Positions 1 through 10,983 of a DNA stretch of 64,000 bases are shown here, in pieces. The DNA is from a bacterium. GTDB taxonomy: Bacteria > Electryoneota > JAOADG01. The translations under genes and the position numbers were made by a program. Positions within the stretch are counted from its first letter, which is position 1; every line of letters starts with the position of its first letter. Under the pieces are notes generated by a model, which did no database searches, was not told where the DNA came from, and saw only the letters and a program-made list of their open reading frames with translations. The DNA lies in the NCBI GenBank assembly GCA_963681965.1, contig OY820579.1, positions 3,232,001 through 3,296,000 on the forward strand, given 5' to 3'.

Positions 1-298
1 GCAGAAACAACGGATCAGCGCCCATTACGGCAATGTCGTTGACACAGTGATTGACGAGACATTCGCCGATCGTATCGAACCGATTTGCCCACGAAGCAAC
101 AATAGTCTTTGTTCCAACCCCATCGGTCGATGCAATCAATCGGGTCGATCCCCCTGCTTCGGCGAGGTCGAATAGACCGCCAAACAGACCGATTTTACCC
201 ACAACACCTGGTCGACTGGTCGATTTGACCAGTTCCTTGATTCGATCGACGAGCTTTTCCGCTGCTGAAATATTCACGCCAGCTTCTTTGTAATCCAT
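1..298 (-). CDS. purM: Phosphoribosylformylglycinamidine cyclo-ligase (AIR synthase), 5' part; runs off the window
   Basis: My translation of the reverse strand from ATG at 298 gives MDYKEAGVNISAAEKLVDRIK...GKIGLFGGLF...ASTDGVGTK...VNHCVNDIAVMGADPLF, with the PurM motifs YxxAGV, STDGVGTK and VNDI. Not present in the ORF track. Confidence 0.93.
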   Translation of the reverse strand, partial: MDYKEAGVNISAAEKLVDRIKELVKSTSRPGVVGKIGLFGGLFDLAEAGGSTRLIASTDGVGTKTIVASWANRFDTIGECLVNHCVNDIAVMGADPLFL

Positions 299-713
299 CT
301 GTCTGCAACCAATCTGAATGCGTTTATTGATGCTAGATCTAGTAATACCTAACGTACACAATACTTAATGAAGACCCAATATAGCAAAATACTGTCTCGG
401 GTGCGAGAATCCTTCGCTAATCACTGTATTCTAGGGGATTAACGTGAAATTTCTACTAAATATTCAGTTTATTCCTTTTCAATCCCTCTGAAAAACACCT
501 AAAGTCATGTTAATACGGTAAAATTCATAGATGTATTTACTCTCAATCCCATCTCGTCGCCCCACGTATCTGTCTAATTTGCAATTCAAGCCAAATCCGA
601 TTTGAATCATCGAGTTGTTTCGGTTATTATTGATACCAATCGATCATTCTGTGTCGTTCCGGCAATACTAATAAATTTGAACGGAGCGTGCTTTGAATTG
701 CTGGGAGGGTTGC

Positions 714-3700
714 TTGAGAACGCTTGGTTCAATTGCTGTAGTATTTCTACTTCTTCTCGTTACGACAGCTTTCGCGCGCGAATGGAGCCCCTCCGACGAC
801 GAAATTCCCGGCATTCCCCTAGCCTCTAGCGCTACCATCGAAACCATTCGGGATGCCAATCAAACGCTCCACATCCGGTTTTCAAAACCCCAAGTCAAAT
901 TTGAAACCGTCTCGCTCTTCAATCGAAATTGGACTTTCGTCTCAATCGATGGCGAGACCCGACGCTGGGAAGTCGGTAAACCACTTGTTCCAGTGGTCGC
1001 ACGACCGGTTCTCCTCCCCAACCATGGAAATGTCGAAGTCAAGATCGTTCGATCCAAATACACCGAATATCCCAATCTTGATTTGCTACCCCAACAACTC
1101 AGCCCCGAGCTGGGAAAAGCCGGGTACATCGTTCCGCCATTCCGAATGGACACGCTTACTTACCAGCAAGATCGCTGGTTACCCGACCAACTCTCCGAAA
1201 TCAGTAAACCTGTCATATTGCGCGATGCGCGAACTGCTCTACTCAACATTCAGCCGGTATCCTATAATCCCGCTCGGCATACCGTACGAGTGTATACTGA
1301 AATCGAAATCGAGATTATTCCCATCGGCGGTCAAGGTATCAACGAGTTAAATCAAACAGTCGCGCATTCAGCTCCCGGATTTGCACAATTTTATCAGGAT
1401 ATCCTCGGTGCCGATGAGCTGTATACCGCCAATGCGAATGCTCTTCCCGGGTCGATGTTGGTCATCTGTCGTGCCGATTCGCAAGTTATCAACACCATTA
1501 AACCCTATCTTGCGTGGCGAAATCGCGCGGGACGACCGACTCAACTGGTGACAACGAGTTTGTCATCGATTACTCCTGCAATCGTTCAAAACATTATCAC
1601 AACCGCTTACAATAGTTACTCCCCACCACTGGAAATGGTTTTGCTGGTGGGAGATGGCGGTGAAACGGGAAGCTATACTCTTCCCGCCCGGATCTTTTCA
1701 TCGGTCGACGACAATATTCAAACCGACCACTATTACACGGAGATTGTCGGTAACGATATTTTGGCAGATGTCTTTTTGAGTCGGTGGTCTTGCGATAATG
1801 CGCAACAGCTCGCAACCCAGGTCTATCGCTCAATCTATTACGAACGCAATCCGGCAATGGGCACTTCCGGTGCCGATACCACCTGGTTTAAACGGGGTTG
1901 GGGCTACGCCTGCCGGATTATCGATTCCAATCGCAGCGCCGTCCTGTATTCATTGGCTATGATGAATGCTGCCGGTGTACCACAAAGTGGATTGTACTAC
2001 GATGAACAAGATTATCCGGTCGATCAATCGCTGATTAATACTCGCTGCAACGATGGGTTGCTCTTCTGGGCACACCGCTTGGCGTATGTCGGACAAATGT
2101 ATCCCAATCATGTCAGCGGGGTTACCCGGAATGTAAATAAGTGCTTCGTCGGATTGAATATCACGTGCGGGTCAGGCGCTTGGTATACTCCCGGTGTGCA
2201 GGGAATTCAGGAACAACTCACCCGGAACGGCACACCATCTGCCCCGGCAGGCGCAATCGCGGCAGTTGCGACCGAGACCTCATCGACGCATTCGGCTCCA
2301 AACATCTGTATGCTGACTGGCACCTATTACGGATTAGGGGTAAAAAAAGCGACGACTCCGGCTGCGATGTATTACGAGGGAAAATTTCAATTATGGCGGA
2401 ATTATTGGAATACTGAATCCAGCGATATGGCAATGAATTTCTCCTATTGGAACAATATCATGGGTGATGTTTCCGTGAAAATATGGACGGGTGTTCCCCA
2501 TCGCGTGACTGCGTCAATTCCTACTCAAATCGGATTGGGACAAAACAACCTCCCGCTGACATTTCTCGATCAATACACGCGACAACCCATCTCCGGTGCT
2601 CTGGTGACTGTGATGAAACAAAATTCCGGTAACCAATTCGAAACCTACTCGCGTGGATTGACCGATGAATCCGGTCAGGTCGATCTACCACTTACCAATA
2701 CGACAACTGGTAACCTGTTCGTGACAGTTATCGGAAATCGACAGGAACAAAATCTGTTACCGCTGCTCGATACGATCGCTGTCGTTCAACTTCAACCGGA
2801 AGTTGCGTTATCTGGTTATACAATCATCGATGATACGCTGAATGGTCGGTCGGGAAATTCGGATTCGCTCGCGAGTCCCGACGAAACCATCGATCTAGCA
2901 ATTCGTATCCGCAATCTCGGTTCGACCGATTCGATCTTCGGTATCTCTTCGACACTTTCCTCTCTCCACCCTCTCGTCGCACTGATCGGTAATCAATCTA
3001 CCTATCCCAACTTACCACCATCCGGCTCGGCAGATAATCTTCAATTGTTTCGACTCCAGCTCTTACCGGGTCTGAAGAACACCGAGACTATTCCTTTGCG
3101 ATTAACTATCACAACGCGTGATACATCTCTGAATCGCAATCTAATGATCGCACTCCCTATCGTAGCACCATCACTTCAATTTGTCGAATACAACCTAACT
3201 TCTGCACCATTTTTACCCGGAAATAGTTCCGATCTCTCCGTATCGATCAGTAACCTTGGAGCAATCGGTACAAGTGCCAGTACTGCTACATTACTTTCGC
3301 TATCACCCTACGTGTCAGTCAATACGAATAGCGTTCAATTTCCAGCAATCTCCTGCTCCCAGACCGTGAGCAATCCATCGGGTTCGCGATTTAGGATCAC
3401 GTCGAATATTCACACTCCGATTGGATCGATCATTCCATTTGCGTTGGTTTTTCACTCGGTGATGCTACAGGATACCGTTTATTTCTCGATTCCTGTCGGT
3501 ACTATCAACACTACCGATCCCGTTGGTCCCGACGCTTATGGCTACCTTGCGTACGACGATACCGATCTTGGCTATCCTGCCCATCCCGTGTTCAACTGGA
3601 TCAACAATGAGACTACCCAAAATCGCTTGAATATGTACGATATGGGGGAAGGTCAAGACATCTCGGTGCTAGTTCGATTACCATTTCGCGCCAAATATTA

Positions 3701-5897
3701 CGGTGCGTATTTCGATACGATCACAGTCTGTTCGAATGGCTGGATGTCGTTCGGTCCGGCTCGGGTCACCGCCTATACCGGAATTCCCGCGACTCTTCAA
3801 ACACAGTTGCTTCACAACTGGCGACCGTGGCATTTGCCATCGCAAGAATCTGCATCTAATATGGTTGCTGTCGATTGGCAGGATTTAATGATGAATTCCC
3901 TTCAACAAGGTGTCTACGCTTCCTATGATACCAGTAACGGGTGGTTTGTGATCACTTGGGATGGTTCATCGGTAAATGGAAATTTATTGAATGTCGCTCA
4001 GCTAATCATCTACGATCCGGCACGTTGGTATACTTCCACCGGCGATAGTAAACTTCAGATCCAGTTGAAAACTTTCAACTGTCCCTCTAGCAGTGGTCCA
4101 GAACCGGGATATGCTACCATCGGTATTTGTGATTCCACCCTGACTCGCGCAATCGAATATTATCACTGGAACCGCGCTGCTACCGGAGCGGCACCAATTC
4201 TGATGGGTGCGAATATAAATCGCACGATTCTATTTTCTCCCGCGCAGCGCCTCCAAACCGGATCGATCTCAGGATTTATTCGATCTACCGGAAACAATTT
4301 ACCCGTCCCGAACACCACGATATCGATCCAAACTGCCGGTAATTCAACTTCAACCGATTCATCCGGTCATTATGCAATCGATGATGTCGTCGCCGGACAA
4401 TATCCCGTGCGAATTTCTGCCTTGGGATATAATCTTGTTACCGACACGATTGTGATTGGCGACCAGATTCATCTCGAACGCAATTACCTACTTTCGCCAT
4501 CGCAATTGCAAGTATCGCTCCATCCGCAGGATACCGTCATCTTCCCGACCGATACCCTGATCGCACTTCTGTCCGATTCGATTTCGACCACGACACGCTC
4601 AATCTATTTGCGAAATGTCGGCAATCAATCAATCAACTGGAACACTGAATTGGATTTTGAACGTGCGACCGAAGATGAAATCGATTACTACGGCGATCGA
4701 GTGTTGCAATGGAATGCGTCGCAAGCAGTCGGCGGCGATCAGGCACTATTCGGAGTTGAATTCGATGGAAATCATTTCTGGATCACTGGTGCGAACAATT
4801 ATTCACACCCTCATAAATTATATAAGCTGAATCGGTCCGGTCAATTGATTGCGAGTTACAATTGTCCCGATCAAACCGGTTTATTCGGCTGGCGCGATCT
4901 CGCGTGGGATGGTCATTACCTCTATGCATCCTATTCCAGTTACATCGACCGGATCGATACCGCCAACGGCGAAGTACTTCAACGCTATCTAACGACTCTT
5001 AACCCGGCACGTGCCATCGCAATCGATACGGCTACTCATACGATGTACTATTGCGATCAACGCAGTTCCATCTACCAAATGGATCTTGTCACGGGAACAG
5101 TTATCGGTACACTTCCCAATCCCTTCGGATTGAGTGGAATAAATGGATTGGCGTGGTATCCCAACGATACCGATAATAAATTTCTGTTCGCATTCTGTCG
5201 CGATCAATCCTCGTATAGTCGCGGCGCTCGCATTTACAAAATCGATCCATCGACGGGACTATCAACTCCACAAACTTTTCCCGGATATACTTCGGAAAAT
5301 GCCGCCGGAATCGCCATCACTCCACTTTGGGATTCTTACTCATGGTCTGCTGTCGCATTGATAGAAAATCCGGTGGGTGACGACCGGTTGGAACTCTATC
5401 AACTCGATCCCTATGCGCAGTGGCTTCGGCTTTCACCGCGACAAGCCACAATTTCCAGCAGTTCACGCGATTCACTCATCGTGACATTCGATGCGAGTAA
5501 TATTCCGGCAGGTATTCACCGCGCATCCATTTCGATCGCATTCAATTCCAATCTGAATGCGGTTTCAATTCCGGTTGTCATGCAGATCGTTCGCGCAAAT
5601 TCGGTCGAAACTTCTTCGCAATTGCTTCCGGAAACCATCGAATTGCGACAAAACTATCCCAACCCCTTTAACGCGATGACTTCGATTGCGTTTTCACTGC
5701 CTCGATCATCTTCAGTAAATCTTACGATCTATGATGCGTTAGGTCGTGAAGTCACGCAACTGATAAAGAACACGCAGTTATCGACCGGATATCATCAGAT
5801 CAGTTTCAATGCGAATAAGTTATCAGCGGGAATTTACTTCTATCAATTAGCGGTGGGACAAAACCGCTCGACGCGAAAAATGCTTCTGCTGAAGTAG
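714..5897 (+). CDS. Secreted C25 (gingipain)-family protein: propeptide, C25 domain, Ig-like domains, carboxypeptidase-regulatory-like domain, beta-propeller and T9SS C-terminal sorting domain
   Basis: Signal peptide; C25 propeptide motifs (GKPLVP, PVSYNP); LLVGD and TDHYY...DVFLSRW; C-terminal NYPNPFN...LSAGIYFYQL...TRKMLLLK. The ORF track starts at 693, but the TTG at 714 follows GGAGG at 704-708. Confidence 0.85.
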   Translation: MRTLGSIAVVFLLLLVTTAFAREWSPSDDEIPGIPLASSATIETIRDANQTLHIRFSKPQVKFETVSLFNRNWTFVSIDGETRRWEVGKPLVPVVARPVLLPNHGNVEVKIVRSKYTEYPNLDLLPQQLSPELGKAGYIVPPFRMDTLTYQQDRWLPDQLSEISKPVILRDARTALLNIQPVSYNPARHTVRVYTEIEIEIIPIGGQGINELNQTVAHSAPGFAQFYQDILGADELYTANANALPGSMLVICRADSQVINTIKPYLAWRNRAGRPTQLVTTSLSSITPAIVQNIITTAYNSYSPPLEMVLLVGDGGETGSYTLPARIFSSVDDNIQTDHYYTEIVGNDILADVFLSRWSCDNAQQLATQVYRSIYYERNPAMGTSGADTTWFKRGWGYACRIIDSNRSAVLYSLAMMNAAGVPQSGLYYDEQDYPVDQSLINTRCNDGLLFWAHRLAYVGQMYPNHVSGVTRNVNKCFVGLNITCGSGAWYTPGVQGIQEQLTRNGTPSAPAGAIAAVATETSSTHSAPNICMLTGTYYGLGVKKATTPAAMYYEGKFQLWRNYWNTESSDMAMNFSYWNNIMGDVSVKIWTGVPHRVTASIPTQIGLGQNNLPLTFLDQYTRQPISGALVTVMKQNSGNQFETYSRGLTDESGQVDLPLTNTTTGNLFVTVIGNRQEQNLLPLLDTIAVVQLQPEVALSGYTIIDDTLNGRSGNSDSLASPDETIDLAIRIRNLGSTDSIFGISSTLSSLHPLVALIGNQSTYPNLPPSGSADNLQLFRLQLLPGLKNTETIPLRLTITTRDTSLNRNLMIALPIVAPSLQFVEYNLTSAPFLPGNSSDLSVSISNLGAIGTSASTATLLSLSPYVSVNTNSVQFPAISCSQTVSNPSGSRFRITSNIHTPIGSIIPFALVFHSVMLQDTVYFSIPVGTINTTDPVGPDAYGYLAYDDTDLGYPAHPVFNWINNETTQNRLNMYDMGEGQDISVLVRLPFRAKYYGAYFDTITVCSNGWMSFGPARVTAYTGIPATLQTQLLHNWRPWHLPSQESASNMVAVDWQDLMMNSLQQGVYASYDTSNGWFVITWDGSSVNGNLLNVAQLIIYDPARWYTSTGDSKLQIQLKTFNCPSSSGPEPGYATIGICDSTLTRAIEYYHWNRAATGAAPILMGANINRTILFSPAQRLQTGSISGFIRSTGNNLPVPNTTISIQTAGNSTSTDSSGHYAIDDVVAGQYPVRISALGYNLVTDTIVIGDQIHLERNYLLSPSQLQVSLHPQDTVIFPTDTLIALLSDSISTTTRSIYLRNVGNQSINWNTELDFERATEDEIDYYGDRVLQWNASQAVGGDQALFGVEFDGNHFWITGANNYSHPHKLYKLNRSGQLIASYNCPDQTGLFGWRDLAWDGHYLYASYSSYIDRIDTANGEVLQRYLTTLNPARAIAIDTATHTMYYCDQRSSIYQMDLVTGTVIGTLPNPFGLSGINGLAWYPNDTDNKFLFAFCRDQSSYSRGARIYKIDPSTGLSTPQTFPGYTSENAAGIAITPLWDSYSWSAVALIENPVGDDRLELYQLDPYAQWLRLSPRQATISSSSRDSLIVTFDASNIPAGIHRASISIAFNSNLNAVSIPVVMQIVRANSVETSSQLLPETIELRQNYPNPFNAMTSIAFSLPRSSSVNLTIYDALGREVTQLIKNTQLSTGYHQISFNANKLSAGIYFYQLAVGQNRSTRKMLLLK

Positions 5898-5922
5898 ATC
5901 AACTAGAGCAATGCGTTGGCAA

Positions 5923-8124
5923 TTAATTGAAATCGATTGGATCGATATCGATCGCGATTCTGGTCTCGGGATAGATCGATTTAGGTAGGCGTTCAAATAC
6001 ACTGCGGAGTGGATCGACCATTTTAAATCTGATCAGTAACGCAAATCGGTACCACTGTTCTCGTCGCGTGATCAATGCTGGTGCGGCATCGCTGCAATGA
6101 ACACCCTCACTCACCAGCCACTTGCGCAATCGTATCGCTTCTTCCGATGCAGCCAGTTCCTCTTGCGATGTCACCAATACCCGTGCCAATCGAGTGAAAG
6201 GTGGAAATCCCAAGCGACGACGTAAATCGATCGTCCGTTCGGCAAATCCACGCCAATCGGAAGCCTGTAAATAACTCAACAGCGGATGTCCCGGATCCCA
6301 TGTTTGAACGACGACCTCTCCCCGTTCCCGACGACCCGAGCGACCCGATGCCTGTAGTAATAACGATAACGCTCGCTCTTCACTCCGGAAATCGGGAAGG
6401 ATCCATTCCGAATCGGCAGACAGAATTCCCATCAACGTCACTTTCGGAAAATCGAGACCCCTTGCCACCATCCGTGTACCCAGCAAAATATCGGCACGCT
6501 GCTGACCGAAATCCTGTAGTATCCGTTGATGTGAACCGCGCTCGCGTACACTGTCGGCATCCATCCTTAACAATCGCGCTTCGGGAATCTTCGTTTGCAG
6601 CACCTCTTCCACCCGCTCGGTACCGTATCCCCGAGCAGCGATCTTCGCCGAACCGCACTCTTCGCAGCGCTCCGGAGTTGGTGCAAAGTGTCCGCACAAG
6701 TGACAGAGCAAGCCATCCCGCTCGCGATGAACTGTCAGCGATACCGAACAATTCGGACAACCCATCACCCAATTGCATTTCCCGCAACGGAGATGCGTTC
6801 CGTAGCCCCGACGATTTCGCAGAAGAATCACTTGCTCGTGTCGCTCGATCCGATCGCGAATTTCATCGAGCAGCAGCGGTGAGAATACTTCCGTACGTCC
6901 CAATTCAGTTTGCGGAACTTCATTCATATCGACGATGCGCAGATCCGGCATCGGGATATTGTCGATGCGTTCCGGCAATTCGAGGAGATGGTGTTTCCCA
7001 TTCATCGCACCGTAAAACGTCTCGATCGAGGGCGATGCCGAACCCAACACTATCGTACATCCCGCCAATTTCGCGCGCATCAATGCTGCGTCCCGGGCAT
7101 GATACCGCGGTTCCGAATCATTTTGCTTCAATGACGGTTCATGCTCTTCATCGACAATGATCATGCCAAGATTGGTAAGTGGTGCAAATAGCGCTGAGCG
7201 TGCACCAATCACGACATAGCACCCACCGCTCCGCAATTCATGATAGGTTCCGCGCCGTGCCTGATCGGTCATACCACTGTGTAGCACGCGAATGCAACTT
7301 CCGAACACCGCTTGAAAATTCCCGATCAATTGCGGTGTCATTGCGATTTCCGGTACGATCACCAGCACCGACTGATGTTCGCGAATTACTCTTTGTGCCA
7401 ATTCCAGATAAACGCGTGTCTTACCGGAACCAGTCACGCCAAATAATAGCGTACTTTGATAGCCGCCTTGCTGGCGATTTTGTTCGATTTTATCAACCAC
7501 ATTTTGTTGCGCGGTGGTCAATGTCGGAAGTTGTTCGGAATGCGGGGTAATCCCTTTCAGTGCCGGATCGCGATGCCATGGTGCCCGTTTTTCGAAGATG
7601 ATGTTACCCGCTTTTTCCAACCGCGAGATGGCTGCCGGAGAAGCTTTGGTTCGATCCAATCGCTCTTTGTGCAAGCACCAATCGGGGGATGCGATTAAAT
7701 CCTGATACAGCGCATCCATCCCTTTCGGCTTCTTCCCTTTCCCTTCGGGAAAATCGGAAATACCCAACCGACTCCACTGCTCTAATCGAATCGATTTTGT
7801 TCCGGAAAAATCGTTTGGCGGTAATGCCGCTTGCAGCGCAATGCCAGCGGGAACTTTGTAGTAGTCGGCGAACCAGCGGAGAAATGGGAGTAATTCATTG
7901 GGGAATAACGTGGTCGATGATTCAATCGATATCATCGATTTGAGTGGAATGCCCTCGGGTGGTTCAGTCTGCTGCCAAACCCACCCTAGTTGCGGTTTTT
8001 GGCGACCAAACGGGACTTTGACCGCATAGCCAAGTAGATCGGAGAGAAATCCGGATGGCGCTCGGTAGTGATAACATTGATACGGTGCAGTCGACAGTGC
8101 GACTTCCCACACCAACTCACTCAT
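5923..8124 (-). CDS. priA: Primosomal protein N' (replication restart helicase)
   Basis: GVTGSGKT Walker A, DEEHE, two Cys-rich Zn clusters (CGKC..CPNC, CHLC..CEEC), GLDFP, C-terminal DIDP. Confidence 0.96.
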   Translation of the reverse strand: MSELVWEVALSTAPYQCYHYRAPSGFLSDLLGYAVKVPFGRQKPQLGWVWQQTEPPEGIPLKSMISIESSTTLFPNELLPFLRWFADYYKVPAGIALQAALPPNDFSGTKSIRLEQWSRLGISDFPEGKGKKPKGMDALYQDLIASPDWCLHKERLDRTKASPAAISRLEKAGNIIFEKRAPWHRDPALKGITPHSEQLPTLTTAQQNVVDKIEQNRQQGGYQSTLLFGVTGSGKTRVYLELAQRVIREHQSVLVIVPEIAMTPQLIGNFQAVFGSCIRVLHSGMTDQARRGTYHELRSGGCYVVIGARSALFAPLTNLGMIIVDEEHEPSLKQNDSEPRYHARDAALMRAKLAGCTIVLGSASPSIETFYGAMNGKHHLLELPERIDNIPMPDLRIVDMNEVPQTELGRTEVFSPLLLDEIRDRIERHEQVILLRNRRGYGTHLRCGKCNWVMGCPNCSVSLTVHRERDGLLCHLCGHFAPTPERCEECGSAKIAARGYGTERVEEVLQTKIPEARLLRMDADSVRERGSHQRILQDFGQQRADILLGTRMVARGLDFPKVTLMGILSADSEWILPDFRSEERALSLLLQASGRSGRRERGEVVVQTWDPGHPLLSYLQASDWRGFAERTIDLRRRLGFPPFTRLARVLVTSQEELAASEEAIRLRKWLVSEGVHCSDAAPALITRREQWYRFALLIRFKMVDPLRSVFERLPKSIYPETRIAIDIDPIDFN

Positions 8125-9431
8125 TTTTGGCGGTACTCGAAAAAGATGTTGCAGCCGATATACGGAAATTGCAGTCGGAACTGTCGCTCGATATATCGTT
8201 TGTAGTTATCCGGAACCAGATCGGCATGCGAGCAGAAAATCGAGAATCGCGGAGGTGTGATTCCAGTCTGAGTGATGAATTTTACTTTGATGTATTTCGC
8301 CTTCACTGCCGGTGGTGGACGCCCCTTCCAGAGCGGTTCCAGCCATCTATTCAATTCGCTGGTGGCAATCTTTTTCTTGCGTGCTTCGGAAATCTGAATC
8401 GCTTGTTCCAGCGTCTTAAAGATGCGAAGTTTGTTGTGCACCGAAATAAATCGTAGCGGTACCGATTCCAGTTGCGGGTAGCGATCGTAAAAATCTTGTT
8501 CGAGCTTTTTCGAACTCATCTGATCTTTTTCGACCAGGTCCCATTTATTCATCGCAACGATCAGACCAATCCCTTTATCCCACGCGAATTTCATGATCGC
8601 GTCTTCGGTCGTGCCGAATCCAATCTTCGCATCGACCAGCATAATCGCGACATCGGCGCCTTCCAAGGCACGGTAGGAACGCACCAAAGTGAATTGTTCC
8701 AATCCCCGCTCGATTTTCGAGCGGCGACGCAATCCCGCAGTATCAGTCAGAACAATCGATTTCGATTGAAAATTCAACCGCGAATCGATCGAATCACGGG
8801 TCGTACCCGCCGCATCAGCCACCAGCATCCGGTCTTCGCCAAGCAGCAAATTGACTAGTGACGATTTCCCGACATTCGGGCGACCGATAATCGCAATTCG
8901 TACATCGCATTCCGACGGTGGCGCAAAATCGGTGATCGGAATTCGCTTCCCGATCTCATCGATCAATTCCCACATGTTCCGACCGTGCAGTGCCGAAATC
9001 GCGAATGGTTCACCCGCCCCGAGTTGCACGAATGTGCCGGAATCCCACTCCAATTGCGGATTATCAGCTTTATTCGCGACGATGATAATCGGACGTTTCG
9101 CCTTCAGCAATTGCTTGGTGATCCGCATGTCTTCATCAGTCGGACCGGTCGCAGCATCGACCATCAATAATGTGAGCGTAGCTTCTTCAGTAGCAAAAAA
9201 AGCCTGTTCCCGGATTCCGACCTCAATCTGTCCATCACCTTCGAGAATAATTCCACCGGTATCGACAATGTCGAACATCCGGTCCGCCCATTCGACGGTT
9301 CCATAGATCCGATCGCGGGTTACACCGGGCTGGTCGTCAACGATTGCGTTGCGACTTTTGGTGAGACGATTGAACAGGGTCGACTTGCCAACGTTGGGAC
9401 GACCGATAATTGCTACTAATGGACGAGGCAT
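8121..9431 (-). CDS. der: Ribosome biogenesis GTPase Der (EngA)
   Basis: Two tandem G domains (GRPNVGKS twice, DTGG/DTAG, NKAD/NKWD) and a KH-like tail; 4-nt overlap with priA. Confidence 0.97.
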   Translation of the reverse strand: MPRPLVAIIGRPNVGKSTLFNRLTKSRNAIVDDQPGVTRDRIYGTVEWADRMFDIVDTGGIILEGDGQIEVGIREQAFFATEEATLTLLMVDAATGPTDEDMRITKQLLKAKRPIIIVANKADNPQLEWDSGTFVQLGAGEPFAISALHGRNMWELIDEIGKRIPITDFAPPSECDVRIAIIGRPNVGKSSLVNLLLGEDRMLVADAAGTTRDSIDSRLNFQSKSIVLTDTAGLRRRSKIERGLEQFTLVRSYRALEGADVAIMLVDAKIGFGTTEDAIMKFAWDKGIGLIVAMNKWDLVEKDQMSSKKLEQDFYDRYPQLESVPLRFISVHNKLRIFKTLEQAIQISEARKKKIATSELNRWLEPLWKGRPPPAVKAKYIKVKFITQTGITPPRFSIFCSHADLVPDNYKRYIERQFRLQFPYIGCNIFFEYRQK

Positions 9432-9596
9432 TCTAATGGATCCGGTTTATACTAGAGAATTGTGAGTAAAATAAGCGGTTTGACTGATTTGTCCAACCAC
9501 CCATCGAAACAAAACACGACTGATTTCATTACTTACGGTCTGCAGAATAATATATAAATAACTATTATACAATAGTATACATAACAACATTCAACT

Positions 9597-10955
9597 CTAT
9601 TTACTGAGCATCTTACGCAATAACGGTGCAAAACTTCCCGGATACAGAACGATTGGCGTCGTTGAAATTGCCGATTGTAAATCCTCGAGCGACCAATCAT
9701 CGAGGAAGAGACCATCGCCGTTGACGACATCGGGCGGAAGTACGATCAAATCGGAATTTATTCCGTGGTTTTCCAGTGCCTGCCAGATATCTTGTCCTGT
9801 CAGCAAATTCGCGACGGTAACGACATCCCCCCAGAACACATTGTGCACCGATAATACTTCAATTTCCAATTGCGGAATCGCTTCGCACAGCAATGGAGCA
9901 ATTTTTTCTTGCATCCAGGACCCTGCCGATCGACCGGTAACCCATGTCCAACGCACTTTACGCGGTAGTCGCTTGATCCAGCGCGGACGCTCGTTCAGCG
10001 TATCCAACTCCAACTTCCGCAACATCCCAACGCCATTCTCGAATTGTTCGAACGCGCCATAATATTCTACTGGCGGTGGCTCGATCCCGGCAATACAAAA
10101 CCACTCGTCGGCACAGAAAACGATCGGGTTGCCCAGCTTCGTCTGAAATTGCTCGCGCCACACCCAATGTCGCTCGATCACTTCTGCGGCTTCCGCCACC
10201 GTTGGTGTCCGGAGCGGTGTCAATCCATCGCGGTATTTCGTCAGACCCACTGGAACCAGTGACAACGAACCTTCAGCCGGTAGCACTTCGAGCAATTGCT
10301 GAACGGAATCTTCCAACACCTCCCCATCGTTCCAGCCGGGTACCACCACGATTTGCGTGTGGATGTTGACATTGCCATCTACCAGCTTTTTGATTTTCGG
10401 CAAAACTGGATCCGGTTTCGGCAATCCGATCAATTGCTGGTGTCGCAGTGGATCCACCACTTGAACCGAGATATACTGCGGTGACAAATGCTGCTGAATA
10501 ATCCGATCCAGTTCGGCTGTCTGAACATTTGTTAGCGTGATAAAATTGCCGTGCAGAAAACTGTAGCGGTAATCGTCGTCTTTTACATGCAATGTCGGTC
10601 GAAGATACCCCGGTTGCTGGTCGACAAAACAGAACACACACTTGTTCCGGCACTGTCGAATCGATAATCCCTGCAGCTTGATCCCCGTATCTTCTTCACT
10701 CGACTTCTCAATAACTGCTGAGTACGTTACCCCAAATCGCAGATATTTTACTTCGAGCCGGGTATCGATCTCGCGAAACCGGAAATCCAATTCATCGCGA
10801 ATCCGCTGTCCATTCACTTCCAACAATTGATCTTCCGGAAGCAGTCCGGCTCGATCCGCAGGCGAATCCGGTGCAACCTGATGTATCGTCAGACCGGGAA
10901 GTCTGACGGGGTGTTCACTGCTTTTGACCAATCCTTCGGAAATGACTTGCGACAT
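9597..10955 (-). CDS. PDZ + DUF512 putative Fe-S (radical-SAM-like) protein
   Basis: N-terminal PDZ (VAPDSPADRAGL), CRNKCVFC, KDDDYRYSFLHGNFITLTN, VPVGLTKYR, QFENGVG and GLFLDD motifs. Confidence 0.88.
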   Translation of the reverse strand: MSQVISEGLVKSSEHPVRLPGLTIHQVAPDSPADRAGLLPEDQLLEVNGQRIRDELDFRFREIDTRLEVKYLRFGVTYSAVIEKSSEEDTGIKLQGLSIRQCRNKCVFCFVDQQPGYLRPTLHVKDDDYRYSFLHGNFITLTNVQTAELDRIIQQHLSPQYISVQVVDPLRHQQLIGLPKPDPVLPKIKKLVDGNVNIHTQIVVVPGWNDGEVLEDSVQQLLEVLPAEGSLSLVPVGLTKYRDGLTPLRTPTVAEAAEVIERHWVWREQFQTKLGNPIVFCADEWFCIAGIEPPPVEYYGAFEQFENGVGMLRKLELDTLNERPRWIKRLPRKVRWTWVTGRSAGSWMQEKIAPLLCEAIPQLEIEVLSVHNVFWGDVVTVANLLTGQDIWQALENHGINSDLIVLPPDVVNGDGLFLDDWSLEDLQSAISTTPIVLYPGSFAPLLRKMLSK

Positions 10956-10983
10956 TGATTATTTTTTCCACATTTATCATTAC

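Noticed and set aside
6201-7160. Long antisense ORFs (also 20087-20878, 22372-23043, 29519-30187, 48805-49551, 55383-56141)
   Set aside because: They are shadows of well-supported opposite-strand genes and have no recognisable motifs.
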